From: Haliea sp.
GTDB taxonomy: Bacteria; Pseudomonadota; Gammaproteobacteria; Pseudomonadales; Halieaceae
Length of the DNA: 64,000 bases
NCBI GenBank assembly: GCA_024642265.1
Contig: JAHEBL010000007.1
Location: 5,640-69,639, forward strand
Direction of reading: 5' to 3'
Shown here: one piece after another, positions 19,216 through 29,329 of the stretch
How positions within the stretch are numbered: position 1 is the stretch's first letter
Layout of the letters: each line of letters opens with the position of its first letter
Notes under the pieces: generated by a model
Told to the model about the DNA's origin: nothing
The model's input: the letters and a program-made list of their open reading frames with translations, nothing else
The model's database searches: none
Translations under genes and position numbers: made by a program

Positions 19216-20829
19216 ATGCAGGACACCAACCCGGAATCCCCAGCCGGCGCAGACAATCTGCCGGATACGACACACGGCCTGCTGCGCGCCAGCGCCCTGG
19301 TGGGCAGCATGACCATGCTGTCGCGCATCCTGGGCCTGGTGAGGGACATGGTTATCGCAGGGTTTGTCGGTGCCACCGCCAATGCCGATGCGTTTTTTGT
19401 CGCCTTCAAGATTCCCAATTTTCTGCGGCGCCTGTTTGCTGAGGGGGCATTTTCCCAGGCTTTTGTCCCCGTGCTCGCCGACTACAAGCAGGAGGGCAGC
19501 ATCGCAGCGGTAAAGGCCCTGATTGACAGGGTGGCTGGCGTATTGGGCGGCACCCTGCTGCTGATTACCTCTTTTGCCATATTGGCCGCACCCGTGGTGG
19601 CCGCGCTGTTTGCCCCCGGTTTTATCGACCAGCCCCTCAAGTACCAGCTGACCTCCGAGATGATCCGGATTACCTTCCCCTACCTGTTGCTGATCTCCAT
19701 GACCGGCTTTTGTGGGGCTATCCTCAACAGCTTTGGCCGCTTCGCCGTGCCGGCGTTCACCCCGGTGTTTCTCAACCTGTCGCTGATCTTCGCGGCCACT
19801 GTGGCGGCGCCCTGGTTTGAGGAGCCGGTCTATGCGCTCGCATGGGGGGTGTTGTTTGCCGGTTTTATCCAGCTGTTGTTCCAGCTGCCTTTCCTGTATC
19901 GCATCGACCTGGTACCGCGGCCGCTATGGGACACCCGCGATGCGGGCGTGCGGCGCATTCTCAAGTTGATGGTGCCGGCCCTGTTCGGAGTTTCGGTCAG
20001 CCAGATCAACCTGCTGCTGGACACGGTGCTGGCGTCGTTCCTGCCCACCGGCAGTGTCTCCTGGCTCTACTACTCTGACCGCCTGACGGAGCTGCCACTC
20101 GGCGTGTTTGGCATTGCCATCGCCACGGTTATCCTGCCCAACCTGTCGGCGCATCAGGCGGCGGCGCGCGAGGGGAAATTCAGTCTCACCCTTGACTGGG
20201 CCATACGCTCGGTGCTGTTGATTGCGGTGCCTGCCGCAGTGGCACTGGTGGTCCTGGCTCAACCCATACTGATCACCCTGTTCCAGTACGGGGAACTCAC
20301 GCCGCGCGATGTCGCCATGTCCTCCTATAGCCTGCAGGCCTACAGCCTGGGTCTGGTGGCGTTCATGCTGGTCAAGGTGCTGGCGCCTGCTTACTATGCC
20401 CGCAAGGACACTGTCACCCCGGTGAAAATCGGTATTCTTGCCATGGTGGTCAATATGGTCCTCAACCTGTTGTTTGTGTTGCCGTTGATGTACTTCTGGA
20501 ACGTGGGACATATGGGGCTCGCGCTCGCCACCTCGGTGGCCGCTTTCCTCAATGCTGGCCTGCTGTTGCGAGGGCTGCTGCGCGATGGTGTCTACCGGAT
20601 TCGTGACGGCTGGGGCAGTTACACACTGCGGCTCGTGCTGGCTACGGCCGCCATGACCGCCGTGCTGTTGTCCCTGAACCAGGGCAGCGCCCAGTGGCTG
20701 GCCTGGGACTGGCACCACCGGGCACTGGAACTGGCCCTGCTGTGCGCAGCAGGTGCTGGCGCCTACCTGCTGGTCCACATGCTGCTGGGCACACGCCTGC
20801 GGCATTTGCGCACACCCTCCGAGCTATGA
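19216..20829 (+). CDS. murJ: Lipid II flippase MurJ (MviN)
   Basis: SRILGLVRDMVIAGFVGATANADAFFVAFKIPNFLRRLFAEGAFSQAFVPVL plus about 14 TM segments. Confidence 0.95.
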   Translation: MQDTNPESPAGADNLPDTTHGLLRASALVGSMTMLSRILGLVRDMVIAGFVGATANADAFFVAFKIPNFLRRLFAEGAFSQAFVPVLADYKQEGSIAAVKALIDRVAGVLGGTLLLITSFAILAAPVVAALFAPGFIDQPLKYQLTSEMIRITFPYLLLISMTGFCGAILNSFGRFAVPAFTPVFLNLSLIFAATVAAPWFEEPVYALAWGVLFAGFIQLLFQLPFLYRIDLVPRPLWDTRDAGVRRILKLMVPALFGVSVSQINLLLDTVLASFLPTGSVSWLYYSDRLTELPLGVFGIAIATVILPNLSAHQAAAREGKFSLTLDWAIRSVLLIAVPAAVALVVLAQPILITLFQYGELTPRDVAMSSYSLQAYSLGLVAFMLVKVLAPAYYARKDTVTPVKIGILAMVVNMVLNLLFVLPLMYFWNVGHMGLALATSVAAFLNAGLLLRGLLRDGVYRIRDGWGSYTLRLVLATAAMTAVLLSLNQGSAQWLAWDWHHRALELALLCAAGAGAYLLVHMLLGTRLRHLRTPSEL

Positions 20830-20931
20830 GCAGGGGTATTATTACCTCCGGGGAGCGGGTGCAAACATAGGCGACTGCGCCCACATTCGCTATACTGCTG
20901 CGTTTGACCTGACTGAGTATCTCCTGCCCCG

Positions 20932-21864
20932 ATGGAATTGATCCGCGGCCTTCACAATATGCGGCCCAGACACCGCGGTTGCGTGGTCACGATCGGCGCC
21001 TTTGATGGCGTGCATCGGGGCCACCAGGCGGTGATCCGGCACCTGCTGGACAAGTCGCTGGAACTTGCCGTTCCCTCGCTGGTCATTGTGTTCGAGCCGC
21101 TGCCGCGGGAGTACTTTTCGCCCCTGAAGGCGCCGGCCAGGATCATGAGTTTCAGGGAAAAGTTCTTCGCGATGCGGGCGCTGGGCGTGGACCGCCTGTT
21201 GCGGGTACAGTTCAATGAGAGCCTGCGGGAGATGTCGGCCCAGCAGTTCCTGGACGACATTTTTGTCGCTGGCCTCGGGGTTCGTTACGTGGTGCTGGGG
21301 GACGACTTTCGCTTTGGTAACGATCGCGAGGGAGACCTCGAATTTATCAGGCAGCAGGGCCCGCGCTACGGCTATGAGGCCAGGCCCACGCCAACCTTTT
21401 CGATTGGCGGGGAGCGGGTGAGCAGTACGCGGATAAGGGAAGCCCTGGAGAGTGCCGACTTTGCCGGCGCTGAACGCCTGCTGGGTCGGCCCTACAGCAT
21501 TTCCGGCAAGGTGGTGTACGGTCGCCAGCTGGGACAGACCCTCGGTGCGCCCACTGCCAACCTGCAATTGCACCGGCTGCGCGCGCCGCTGTCGGGAGTG
21601 TATGTGGTGGAGGTCAGCGGCGCGGGTCTCAATGGCGCCGCCGGCGTCGCCAACGTCGGGGTGCGCCCCACGGTTGACGACAGCATCAAGGCGAACCTGG
21701 AGGTACACCTGCTGGACCGGGAGATCGGCCTTTACGGACAACATATCGAGGTCACGTTCAGGCACAAATTACGTGACGAGAAAAAGTTTGGCTCAGTGGA
21801 TGAGCTCAAGGAAAACATTGCCACGGACATAGAAAGCACAAGGGCCTGGTTAGACCGGCACTGA
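20932..21864 (+). CDS. ribF: Bifunctional riboflavin kinase / FMN adenylyltransferase
   Basis: [17 protein letters not shown]..., GDDFRFG, PTANL and a C-terminal kinase domain. Confidence 0.95.
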   Translation: MELIRGLHNMRPRHRGCVVTIGAFDGVHRGHQAVIRHLLDKSLELAVPSLVIVFEPLPREYFSPLKAPARIMSFREKFFAMRALGVDRLLRVQFNESLREMSAQQFLDDIFVAGLGVRYVVLGDDFRFGNDREGDLEFIRQQGPRYGYEARPTPTFSIGGERVSSTRIREALESADFAGAERLLGRPYSISGKVVYGRQLGQTLGAPTANLQLHRLRAPLSGVYVVEVSGAGLNGAAGVANVGVRPTVDDSIKANLEVHLLDREIGLYGQHIEVTFRHKLRDEKKFGSVDELKENIATDIESTRAWLDRH

Positions 21865-21884
21865 CGATTTCTGATGATAGAGAT

Positions 21885-24689
21885 ATGAGCGATTACAAAG
21901 ACACATTGAACCTGCCCCAGACAGCCTTCCCCATGAAGGCGAGCCTGGCCCAGCGCGAGCCCCAGCGACTGAAACAGTGGCAGGAAACGGGGCTGTACGC
22001 GAAAATTCGCGCGGCGGGCGCCGGGCGCCCGAAATTCATACTGCACGACGGCCCGCCCTATGCCAATGGTGACCTGCATCTGGGGCACGCGGTAAACAAG
22101 ATTCTCAAGGACATCATCGTCAAGTCGCGCACCCTCGACGGGTTTGACGCGCCCTATGTGCCCGGCTGGGACTGCCACGGCCTGCCGATAGAGCTGAACG
22201 TCGAAAAAAAGGTCGGCAAGCCCGGGGTAAAAGTCTCGCCGGCGGAGTTTCGCCAGAAGTGTCGTGAATACGCCGCACGACAGGTCGACGGCCAGCGTGC
22301 CGATTTCATCCGCATGGGCGTATTGGGCGACTGGGCCAATCCCTACCTGACCATGGACTTCGCATTTGAGGCGAATATCGTTCGCACCCTTGCGCGTATT
22401 ATCGACAACGGCCATTTGCACAAGGGTTTCAAGCCGGTGCACTGGTGCACCGACTGCGGCTCAGCCCTGGCCGAGGCGGAGGTTGAATACCAGGACAAGG
22501 TCTCTCCGGCCATCGATGTCGCGTTTGTGGCGGTCGACCCTGCCGCCGTCAATAGCGCCTGTGGCTCAAGCTACCCCGGCGAGATCGCTGTGGCCATCTG
22601 GACCACCACGCCCTGGACCCTGCCCGCCAATATGGCGGTGAGCCTCAACGGTGAGCTCGAATACGTGCTGATCGAAGGGCAGGGCCGCGCCCTGTTGGTG
22701 GCGGAGGCCCTGGCGGAGTCCTGTGCCCGGCGGTTCGGGCTGCCGGCCCTGACGGTGCTCGGCCGTTGCAAGGGCGCAGCCCTGGAAAACCAGTTGTTGC
22801 AGCACTGTTTCCTGGATCGCCGGGTGCCCGTCATTCTGGGTGAGCACGTGACCACCGAAGCCGGCACCGGCGCCGTGCATACCGCCCCGGCCCACGGCCA
22901 GGATGATTTTGTGGTGGGCCAGGCCTATGGTCTGGAGGTATACAACCCGGTGGGCGGCAACGGGGTATACCTGCCGGACACACCGCACTTTGCCGGCCAG
23001 CACGTGCTCAAAGCCAACACTGCCGTTATCGAGCTGCTGCGCGAGCGCGGTGCGCTGTTGCATAGCGAGGATTACCAGCACTCTTATCCCCACTGCTGGC
23101 GTCACAAGACCCCGATTATTTTCCGCGCCACGCCGCAGTGGTTTGTCGGCATGCACCAGAACGGTCTGCTGACCAGTGCCCTGGCGGCGGTGGAGCAGGT
23201 GCGGTGGCTGCCCGAGTGGGGCAAGGCGCGCATAGATGCCATGCTCGCCAACCGCCCCGACTGGTGCATATCCCGCCAGCGCACCTGGGGTGTGCCCATC
23301 ACGCTTTTTGTCCACAAGGTGAGCGGTGAACTGCACCCGCAGACCCTGCCCTTGATGGAGGCGGTGGCGCTGCGCATCGAGGAGCAGGGCATCGACGCCT
23401 GGTTCGAGCTGGACGCCGCCGAACTGCTGGGCGCTGAAGCCGACGATTACGACAAGGTGACCGACACCCTGGATGTGTGGTTCGATTCCGGTGTCACCCA
23501 CGCCTGCGTGTTGCGCCAGCGCGAGGGTCTGCGGGCGCCGGCCGACATGTACCTGGAGGGTTCCGACCAGCATCGTGGCTGGTTCCAGTCATCCCTGCTG
23601 ACCGGCATTGGCAGCTACGGCGAAGCGCCCTACAAGGCGGTGCTGACCCATGGCTTCACCGTTGACAGTGACGGGCGCAAGATGTCCAAGTCCATCGGCA
23701 ACGTTATCGCGCCCAACAATGTGATGAACGACCTGGGGGCCGATATTCTGCGCCTCTGGGTGGCGGCCACGGATTACCGCGGTGAACTGGTGGTCAGCGA
23801 TGAAATATTCAAGCGCACCGCGGATGCCTATCGGCGTATTCGCAATACGGCGCGCTTCCTGCTGTCCAATCTGAATGGATTCGATCCGGCATCCGACGCT
23901 GTGGCTTTCGGCGACATGCTGTCGCTGGACCGCTGGGCGGTGGATCGCGCTGCCGCACTGCAGGTTGAGTTGACCGAGGCCTATGACAATTACCAGTTCC
24001 ACCAGGTGTACCAGAAACTGCACAATTTCTGCGCTCAGGACCTCGGTGGTTTCTACCTGGACGTGATCAAGGATCGCCAGTACACGCTGCGGGCGGACAG
24101 CACTGCCCGCCGCTCGGCCCAGACTGCCATGCACCATATCGGCGAGGCCCTCGTGCGCTGGATGGCACCTATCCTCAGCTTTACCGCCGAGGAGATCTGG
24201 GAGAACCTGCCCGGTGAACGTGCCGAGTCGGTATTCCTGGTCGAGTGGTACCAGGGCCTGCAGGCGGAGCCCGCGGGCGAGGTCATGGGTCGTGGTTACT
24301 GGCGTCAGTTGATGGCAGTGCGCGCGGCAGTGAACAAGGAAATGGAAGCGCGCCGCGCGGCGGGCGAATTGCGCGGCTCGCTGGATGCTGTTGTGAGCAT
24401 CTACGCGGAGCCCGCACTGCTGGCCCAGCTGGCGTTGCTGGGTGACGAGCTGCGCTTTGTGCTGATTACCTCCGCGGCGACACTGTTGCCGCTGGCGGAG
24501 GCGCCGGCCGAGGCCGCGACAACCGAGCTTGCCGGCCTGCGCCTGCGCGTGAGCGCATCCGACCGGGAGAAGTGCGAGCGCTGCTGGCACCGGCGCCCCG
24601 ATGTGGGGCAGATCGCGGATCACCCGGGCCTGTGTGGCCGCTGTGTGGAGAATGTCTACGGTGACGGCGAGGAGCGCTGTTATGCGTAA
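21885..24689 (+). CDS. ileS: Isoleucine--tRNA ligase
   Basis: 934 aa with [16 protein letters not shown] (HIGH), KMSKS and a C-terminal Zn-finger (CERCWHR...CGRC). Confidence 0.99.
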   Translation: MSDYKDTLNLPQTAFPMKASLAQREPQRLKQWQETGLYAKIRAAGAGRPKFILHDGPPYANGDLHLGHAVNKILKDIIVKSRTLDGFDAPYVPGWDCHGLPIELNVEKKVGKPGVKVSPAEFRQKCREYAARQVDGQRADFIRMGVLGDWANPYLTMDFAFEANIVRTLARIIDNGHLHKGFKPVHWCTDCGSALAEAEVEYQDKVSPAIDVAFVAVDPAAVNSACGSSYPGEIAVAIWTTTPWTLPANMAVSLNGELEYVLIEGQGRALLVAEALAESCARRFGLPALTVLGRCKGAALENQLLQHCFLDRRVPVILGEHVTTEAGTGAVHTAPAHGQDDFVVGQAYGLEVYNPVGGNGVYLPDTPHFAGQHVLKANTAVIELLRERGALLHSEDYQHSYPHCWRHKTPIIFRATPQWFVGMHQNGLLTSALAAVEQVRWLPEWGKARIDAMLANRPDWCISRQRTWGVPITLFVHKVSGELHPQTLPLMEAVALRIEEQGIDAWFELDAAELLGAEADDYDKVTDTLDVWFDSGVTHACVLRQREGLRAPADMYLEGSDQHRGWFQSSLLTGIGSYGEAPYKAVLTHGFTVDSDGRKMSKSIGNVIAPNNVMNDLGADILRLWVAATDYRGELVVSDEIFKRTADAYRRIRNTARFLLSNLNGFDPASDAVAFGDMLSLDRWAVDRAAALQVELTEAYDNYQFHQVYQKLHNFCAQDLGGFYLDVIKDRQYTLRADSTARRSAQTAMHHIGEALVRWMAPILSFTAEEIWENLPGERAESVFLVEWYQGLQAEPAGEVMGRGYWRQLMAVRAAVNKEMEARRAAGELRGSLDAVVSIYAEPALLAQLALLGDELRFVLITSAATLLPLAEAPAEAATTELAGLRLRVSASDREKCERCWHRRPDVGQIADHPGLCGRCVENVYGDGEERCYA

Positions 24690-25194
24690 CGGCTGGTACA
24701 GCTTGCGATGGTATGCCCTGGCGGCGCTGGTGGTGGTGCTGGATCAGTTCACCAAGGGGCTCGCCGAAAGTGCCCTGGAATACGGCCGACCGGTAGAGGT
24801 GTTCTCCTGGTTCAACCTGACGCTGCAATACAATACCGGGGCCGCCTTCAGCTTCCTCAGCGACGCCGGGGGCTGGCAGCGCTACTTTTTCAGCGCCGTG
24901 GCGATCATCATCAGTGTGCTGCTGGTGGCCTGGCTCTACCGGATGCCACGGGAACAGCGCCTGCTGGCGCTGGCCCTCGCGCTTATACTGGGCGGGGCGC
25001 TGGGCAATGTCTGGGACCGGCTGGTGCTGGGCCACGTGGTGGACTTTATCTCTGTTCACTACGGCGGGCGCTATTTTCCCGCGTTCAATATCGCCGATTC
25101 CGCGATAAGCCTGGGGGCGGCCTGCATGATCTATGACAGCCTCTTCGGTAGCGAACCCGAAACTTCGGTGGAAGGAGGTATCAATCCGAAATGA
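24682..25194 (+). CDS. lspA: Lipoprotein signal peptidase II
   Basis: [10 protein letters not shown]...[15 protein letters not shown]...[11 protein letters not shown]...VVDFI...[11 protein letters not shown]. The ATG at 24682 overlaps the ileS stop. The ORF-track start at 24601 is rejected. Confidence 0.93.
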   Translation: MRNGWYSLRWYALAALVVVLDQFTKGLAESALEYGRPVEVFSWFNLTLQYNTGAAFSFLSDAGGWQRYFFSAVAIIISVLLVAWLYRMPREQRLLALALALILGGALGNVWDRLVLGHVVDFISVHYGGRYFPAFNIADSAISLGAACMIYDSLFGSEPETSVEGGINPK

Positions 25195-25646
25195 CCATAA
25201 TCGATGTGCCGGTGAGTGAAGGGACCCGGGTCTACGTGAATTTTTCCGTGAGTCTGGAAGACGGCTCCGAAGTGGACTCCAATTTTGGCGGCGAACCGGT
25301 GGCCTTCGTGGTGGGCGACGGCAGTCTGCTGCCGGGCTTTGAACGCCTGTTGTTTGGCATGTCCGCCGGCCAGCGCCGCATGTTTACCGTACTGCCTGAA
25401 GATGGTTTTGGCCAGCCCAATGACAGCAATGTGCAATATCTGCCGCGCTCCCAGTTCGATGGCGACAGCGAACTTGAGATCGGCCTGGTCTATTCCTTTG
25501 CCGACGCCAGTGGCGGCGAGTTGCCCGGCCTGATTGTCGCGTTCGATGAAGAGCAGGTGACCATAGATTTCAATCACCCACTGGCCGGCCGCAACATCCT
25601 GTTTGATGTGCTGGTGCACCGGGTTGAGCCTGTGGAGCTGCACTGA
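25191..25646 (+). CDS. fkpB: FKBP-type peptidyl-prolyl cis-trans isomerase
   Basis: 151 aa, SlpA/FkpB-like ([36 protein letters not shown]...[12 protein letters not shown]). ATGA overlap with lspA. Lies in the conserved ileS-lspA-fkpB-ispH order. Confidence 0.88.
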   Translation: MTIIDVPVSEGTRVYVNFSVSLEDGSEVDSNFGGEPVAFVVGDGSLLPGFERLLFGMSAGQRRMFTVLPEDGFGQPNDSNVQYLPRSQFDGDSELEIGLVYSFADASGGELPGLIVAFDEEQVTIDFNHPLAGRNILFDVLVHRVEPVELH

Positions 25647-26596
25647 TGGACGTGCGTCTTGCCAATCCCCGCGGATTTTGTGCCGGGGTCGACCGGGCCA
25701 TCGATATCGTCAACCGGGCGCTGGAAGTATTTGGTGCACCGATTTATGTGAGGCACGAGGTGGTTCACAACAAATTTGTGGTCGAGGACCTGCGCGCCCG
25801 CGGTGCGCGATTCGTGGATGAGCTGGATGAGGTGCCCGACGACTGCATCGTGATATTCAGCGCCCACGGCGTGCCCCAGTCAGTGCGCAGGGAGGCAGAC
25901 CAGCGCGGCTTGAAGGTGTTTGATGCCACCTGCCCACTGGTGACCAAGGTGCACATTGAAGTCGCCCGCTACAGCGAGGAGGGGCGCGAATGTGTACTGA
26001 TCGGCCACCGCGGACATCCCGAGGTGGAAGGTACGATGGGGCAATACGACAGTCGCGCGGGTGGCGAAATCTATCTGGTTGAAGACGAACAGCAGGTAGG
26101 CTCCCTGGCGGTGCGCAACCCGGACAAACTGTCCTATGTTACCCAGACCACGCTGTCCATGGATGACACCGCCCGGGTGATCGATGCCCTGCGCCGGCGC
26201 TTTCCGGGCATCACTGGACCGCGCAAGGATGATATCTGCTACGCCACCCAGAACCGCCAGGACGCGGTCAAGCAGCTCGCAGGGGACTGTGACCTGGTGT
26301 TGGTGGTGGGCTCCCCCAACAGTTCCAATTCCAATCGCCTGCGAGAGCTGGCAGAGCGCATGGGTGCCGATGCCTATTTGCTCGACGGTGCCGCTGATAT
26401 CGACCCCCGCTGGCTGGAGGGCAAGTCCCGTATCGGCGTGACCGCGGGTGCCTCGGCGCCGGAGGTGCTGGTGCGGGAGGTGCTGGATGGTTTGCGCGCA
26501 CTCGGCGCGAGCGACCCGGTGGAACTTGCAGGTCGTCCTGAAAACGTGACGTTCTCGCTGCCGCGGGAACTGCGTATCGAGGTCAAAAACCTCTAG
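25646..26596 (+). CDS. ispH: 4-hydroxy-3-methylbut-2-enyl diphosphate reductase
   Basis: [13 protein letters not shown]...HEVVHN...SAHGV...[10 protein letters not shown]...SSNSNRL. Confidence 0.97.
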   Translation: MDVRLANPRGFCAGVDRAIDIVNRALEVFGAPIYVRHEVVHNKFVVEDLRARGARFVDELDEVPDDCIVIFSAHGVPQSVRREADQRGLKVFDATCPLVTKVHIEVARYSEEGRECVLIGHRGHPEVEGTMGQYDSRAGGEIYLVEDEQQVGSLAVRNPDKLSYVTQTTLSMDDTARVIDALRRRFPGITGPRKDDICYATQNRQDAVKQLAGDCDLVLVVGSPNSSNSNRLRELAERMGADAYLLDGAADIDPRWLEGKSRIGVTAGASAPEVLVREVLDGLRALGASDPVELAGRPENVTFSLPRELRIEVKNL

Positions 26597-26701
26597 CTTC
26601 GGCCAAGCGTCGATCCCTTTCGTTCATCTTTAACCATCTCCGGGCAGTTTCTGGAATACCGCTGCGGCAGCTAATACCTTGTTACAGCAGGAGGAGCTGC
26701 T

Positions 26702-27271
26702 GTGGAAAGGATGTCGCGCAAATTTGCTTATCGGGGCCTGACCCTGGTTGAACTGATGATCACCCTGGTGATACTCAGTGTAACCGTCACGATGGCGACG
26801 CCTGCGATGCAGCAGCTAGTACAGGGCAGCAGGCTTCGCACTGAAACCAGCCGCCTGCTCCATGCCATCAACCTGGCGCGCAGTGAAGCCGTCTTCCGCA
26901 ATACCCCGGTCAGCCTGTGCCCCTCGGCGATGGCTACCTCGGGCATGCCCGACTGTGGCGGCGAGCTGGCCGACGGCTGGATTGTGTTTACCAATCGCAA
27001 TCGTGACACCGTGGTCGATGCCGACTCCGACGAGGTGCTTGGTGCGTTTGAGTCGGTCCCGCCCGGTTATCGCCTTACCAACCTGGCTGGCACGCGGGCG
27101 GCTGACGAACTGATTACCTATCTGCCTGATGGTTCGTCCCGCCGCAACCTGTCGCTGCTCATATGTCCGCCCGCCGGTCATCGTGCCCGGCCCTGGTCGG
27201 TGGTGCTCAACACCGTCGGGCGCGCGCGGGCCGCCCGGGACGAGGGCCGCTGCCCCGCGGGGGGTGCCTGA
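26702..27271 (+). CDS. fimT: Type IV pilus minor pilin, GspH/FimT-FimU family (cluster 1)
   Basis: Prepilin N-terminus ...KFAYRG|LTLVELMITLVILSV followed by a GspH-like body. Start is GTG 26702 or ATG 26711. Confidence 0.8.
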   Translation: MERMSRKFAYRGLTLVELMITLVILSVTVTMATPAMQQLVQGSRLRTETSRLLHAINLARSEAVFRNTPVSLCPSAMATSGMPDCGGELADGWIVFTNRNRDTVVDADSDEVLGAFESVPPGYRLTNLAGTRAADELITYLPDGSSRRNLSLLICPPAGHRARPWSVVLNTVGRARAARDEGRCPAGGA

Positions 27272-27822
27272 TGTTTGCCCGCCAGCATGGCGCCGGGCTG
27301 GTGGAGGTTGCGGTCGCGTTGCTGGTTCTGTCGGTCGGCGCGCTGGGTCTCGGCAAACTGCAGATTTCCGCCAAACGTATGGGCCATGAGGCGTTGCAGC
27401 GAACGGAGGCGGCCGCACTGGCCATGGACCTGTTCGAGCGACTGCGGGCCAATCGTGCGGCGCTCGCAGCCTACGCAGCAACCGGTATCGGTGATGCCAG
27501 TGGCCCGGCGCTGGCCGAACCGGCCAAAGACTGTAACGCCGGCGGGTGCCTGCCATCGGAGCTGCAACATTGGGATCTGTGGCAGTGGGAGCAGGCGCTG
27601 CGGGGCGCGGGCACCAGCGATGCGGGTGGCGGGCTGGTAAATCCTGTCGCCTGTGTCGTTGTCACCGGGCGGCGGGTGACCGTGCAGATCTCCTGGGAGG
27701 GTTTCCGGCCACTTTCCGCCCCGTTACAGGCCGGGGTGTGCGGGGCGGGGGATGGCGGACCGGGTGCCGCTGCGCGCCAGTGGCTGCAGATGAGTTCATG
27801 GATTGGACGGGACTTCCTGTGA
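27271..27822 (+). CDS. pilV: Type IV pilus minor pilin PilV (cluster 1)
   Basis: MFARQHGAG|LVEVAVALLVLSVGALGLGKLQ is a PilV-type N-terminus. ATG 27271 overlaps the upstream stop. The ORF-track start at 27163 is rejected. Confidence 0.8.
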   Translation: MFARQHGAGLVEVAVALLVLSVGALGLGKLQISAKRMGHEALQRTEAAALAMDLFERLRANRAALAAYAATGIGDASGPALAEPAKDCNAGGCLPSELQHWDLWQWEQALRGAGTSDAGGGLVNPVACVVVTGRRVTVQISWEGFRPLSAPLQAGVCGAGDGGPGAAARQWLQMSSWIGRDFL

Positions 27823-28796
27823 TGCCCGTCGCGCCAAACTGTTCTTCCCTGTCTGGCGGCTTGTCCCTGGTGGAGTTGCTGGTCGCCCTGGCCCTGGGCG
27901 TGGTGCTGTCATTCGGCGCCATGAACGTGCTGCTGTTCAGCAAACGCAGCTTTTTCGAAGCCGAGGAACTGGCGCGCCTGCAGGAGAATGGTCGCCATGC
28001 ACTGCGCTATATCTCCCGCGAGCTCACCATGGCGGGCTATCTCGCCACCCGCCTGCCCGGCACCGCTGCCGAAGCGCTCGAGTCAGGCAGTCCCTGCTTT
28101 GATTACCTCATGGCCACTGCCAGGCCGGTAGAGCATGTCAATGATGTGAGCCGCGCGGGTGAAACGACCAGCGGGGGCAATCTTCCTGCCGACTGCCTGG
28201 CGGCGGGCAAGCACCTGGCGGGCACTGACCTGCTGCTGATCAGGCGCACTGTGAGCGCACCGGTAGTGGCGCAGGGAGAGCGCAGGGGCACGGTCGATGC
28301 GGAGGCGATCTATTTGCACGACGTGCCCGGGTCCGGCCGGCCCCTTCTACAGCGCGGTGGTAGCGCTATTACCGCCGCTAGCGAACTCTGGGAGTACGTA
28401 CCGCAGGTGCTGTTCCTGCGCAATTATTCTGTTGCCAGCGGTGATGCTGTACCTGCCCTGTGCCGCAAGCGGCAGGGACAATCCGCCAATCGCATGGCGC
28501 CGATCCAGTGCCTGGTTGAGGGCATCGAAAACCTGCAGCTGGAGTTCGGGATCGATGACGATGGCGATATGCAGCCGGATCGATTTGAGGCGGCGCCCGA
28601 TGCGGCAGAGCTGGCAGCCGCGGTGGCCGCGCGTATCTATCTGCTGGTACGCAGTGTCCATCCGGTGCCGGGCTATGTCGACGACAGGTCATATACGCTT
28701 GGCCGGACCCGGGTGGAGCCGACCCTGGATGCCTACTACCGGCGGCTGATGCAGACCACGGTGGTGCTGCGCAACCACAGCTTCGCGCGGTCATGA
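27822..28796 (+). CDS. pilW: Type IV pilus minor pilin PilW (cluster 1)
   Basis: MPVAPNCSSLSGG|LSLVELLVALALGVVL, 324 aa. ATG 27822 overlaps the pilV stop. The ORF-track start at 27546 is rejected. Confidence 0.8.
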   Translation: MPVAPNCSSLSGGLSLVELLVALALGVVLSFGAMNVLLFSKRSFFEAEELARLQENGRHALRYISRELTMAGYLATRLPGTAAEALESGSPCFDYLMATARPVEHVNDVSRAGETTSGGNLPADCLAAGKHLAGTDLLLIRRTVSAPVVAQGERRGTVDAEAIYLHDVPGSGRPLLQRGGSAITAASELWEYVPQVLFLRNYSVASGDAVPALCRKRQGQSANRMAPIQCLVEGIENLQLEFGIDDDGDMQPDRFEAAPDAAELAAAVAARIYLLVRSVHPVPGYVDDRSYTLGRTRVEPTLDAYYRRLMQTTVVLRNHSFARS

Positions 28797-29329
28797 AAGG
28801 GTTATATCCAGGCCCGGGCCAGCGCGGCGTGGTACTGCTCGTATCCCTGCTGGTGCTTCTGCTGCTGGGCATCATTGCAACCACGGTCGCCCGGACCAAC
28901 CAGCTGCAGTTGCACATGGCAGGTAACGATGAAGGCAGGATTGCGGCCCTGCAACAGGCGCTCGCGGTGGTGGATGCGATGCTGGAACGCCCGACAGGAA
29001 TACGGCTGGACAGCGGTGTGGGTTACACGGTCTGCCAGTTGGGTTCCCCCGCCACGTCCTGTGACGAGTACACGCTGCAGCTTGCGGCGGATGCCCGGCC
29101 TGAAGCAGCTGGTCTCGAGGTCTCCGTTACCAGGATCGCGCCGGCCGAGAGCCGCATGCCGCTGCTCGACGAGAACCAGGCCAGCAGTGCGGTCTACTAC
29201 CGGGTGGCGAAATTCGAGGTCAGGGTGGTCTACGACGGTGCCCCCGAGCGCCCGGGCAGGGCGGCGCTTGCCCAGGGTGTGCTTGTGCGCTTGCCAGTTT
29301 CGACACAATCAGGCGGAGGACAGCCATGA
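28793..29329 (+). CDS. pilX: Type IV pilus minor pilin PilX (cluster 1)
   Basis: MKGLYPGPGQRG|VVLLVSLLVLLLLGIIATTV is a PilX_N-type N-terminus lacking Glu5. ATGA overlap with pilW. Confidence 0.75.
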   Translation: MKGLYPGPGQRGVVLLVSLLVLLLLGIIATTVARTNQLQLHMAGNDEGRIAALQQALAVVDAMLERPTGIRLDSGVGYTVCQLGSPATSCDEYTLQLAADARPEAAGLEVSVTRIAPAESRMPLLDENQASSAVYYRVAKFEVRVVYDGAPERPGRAALAQGVLVRLPVSTQSGGGQP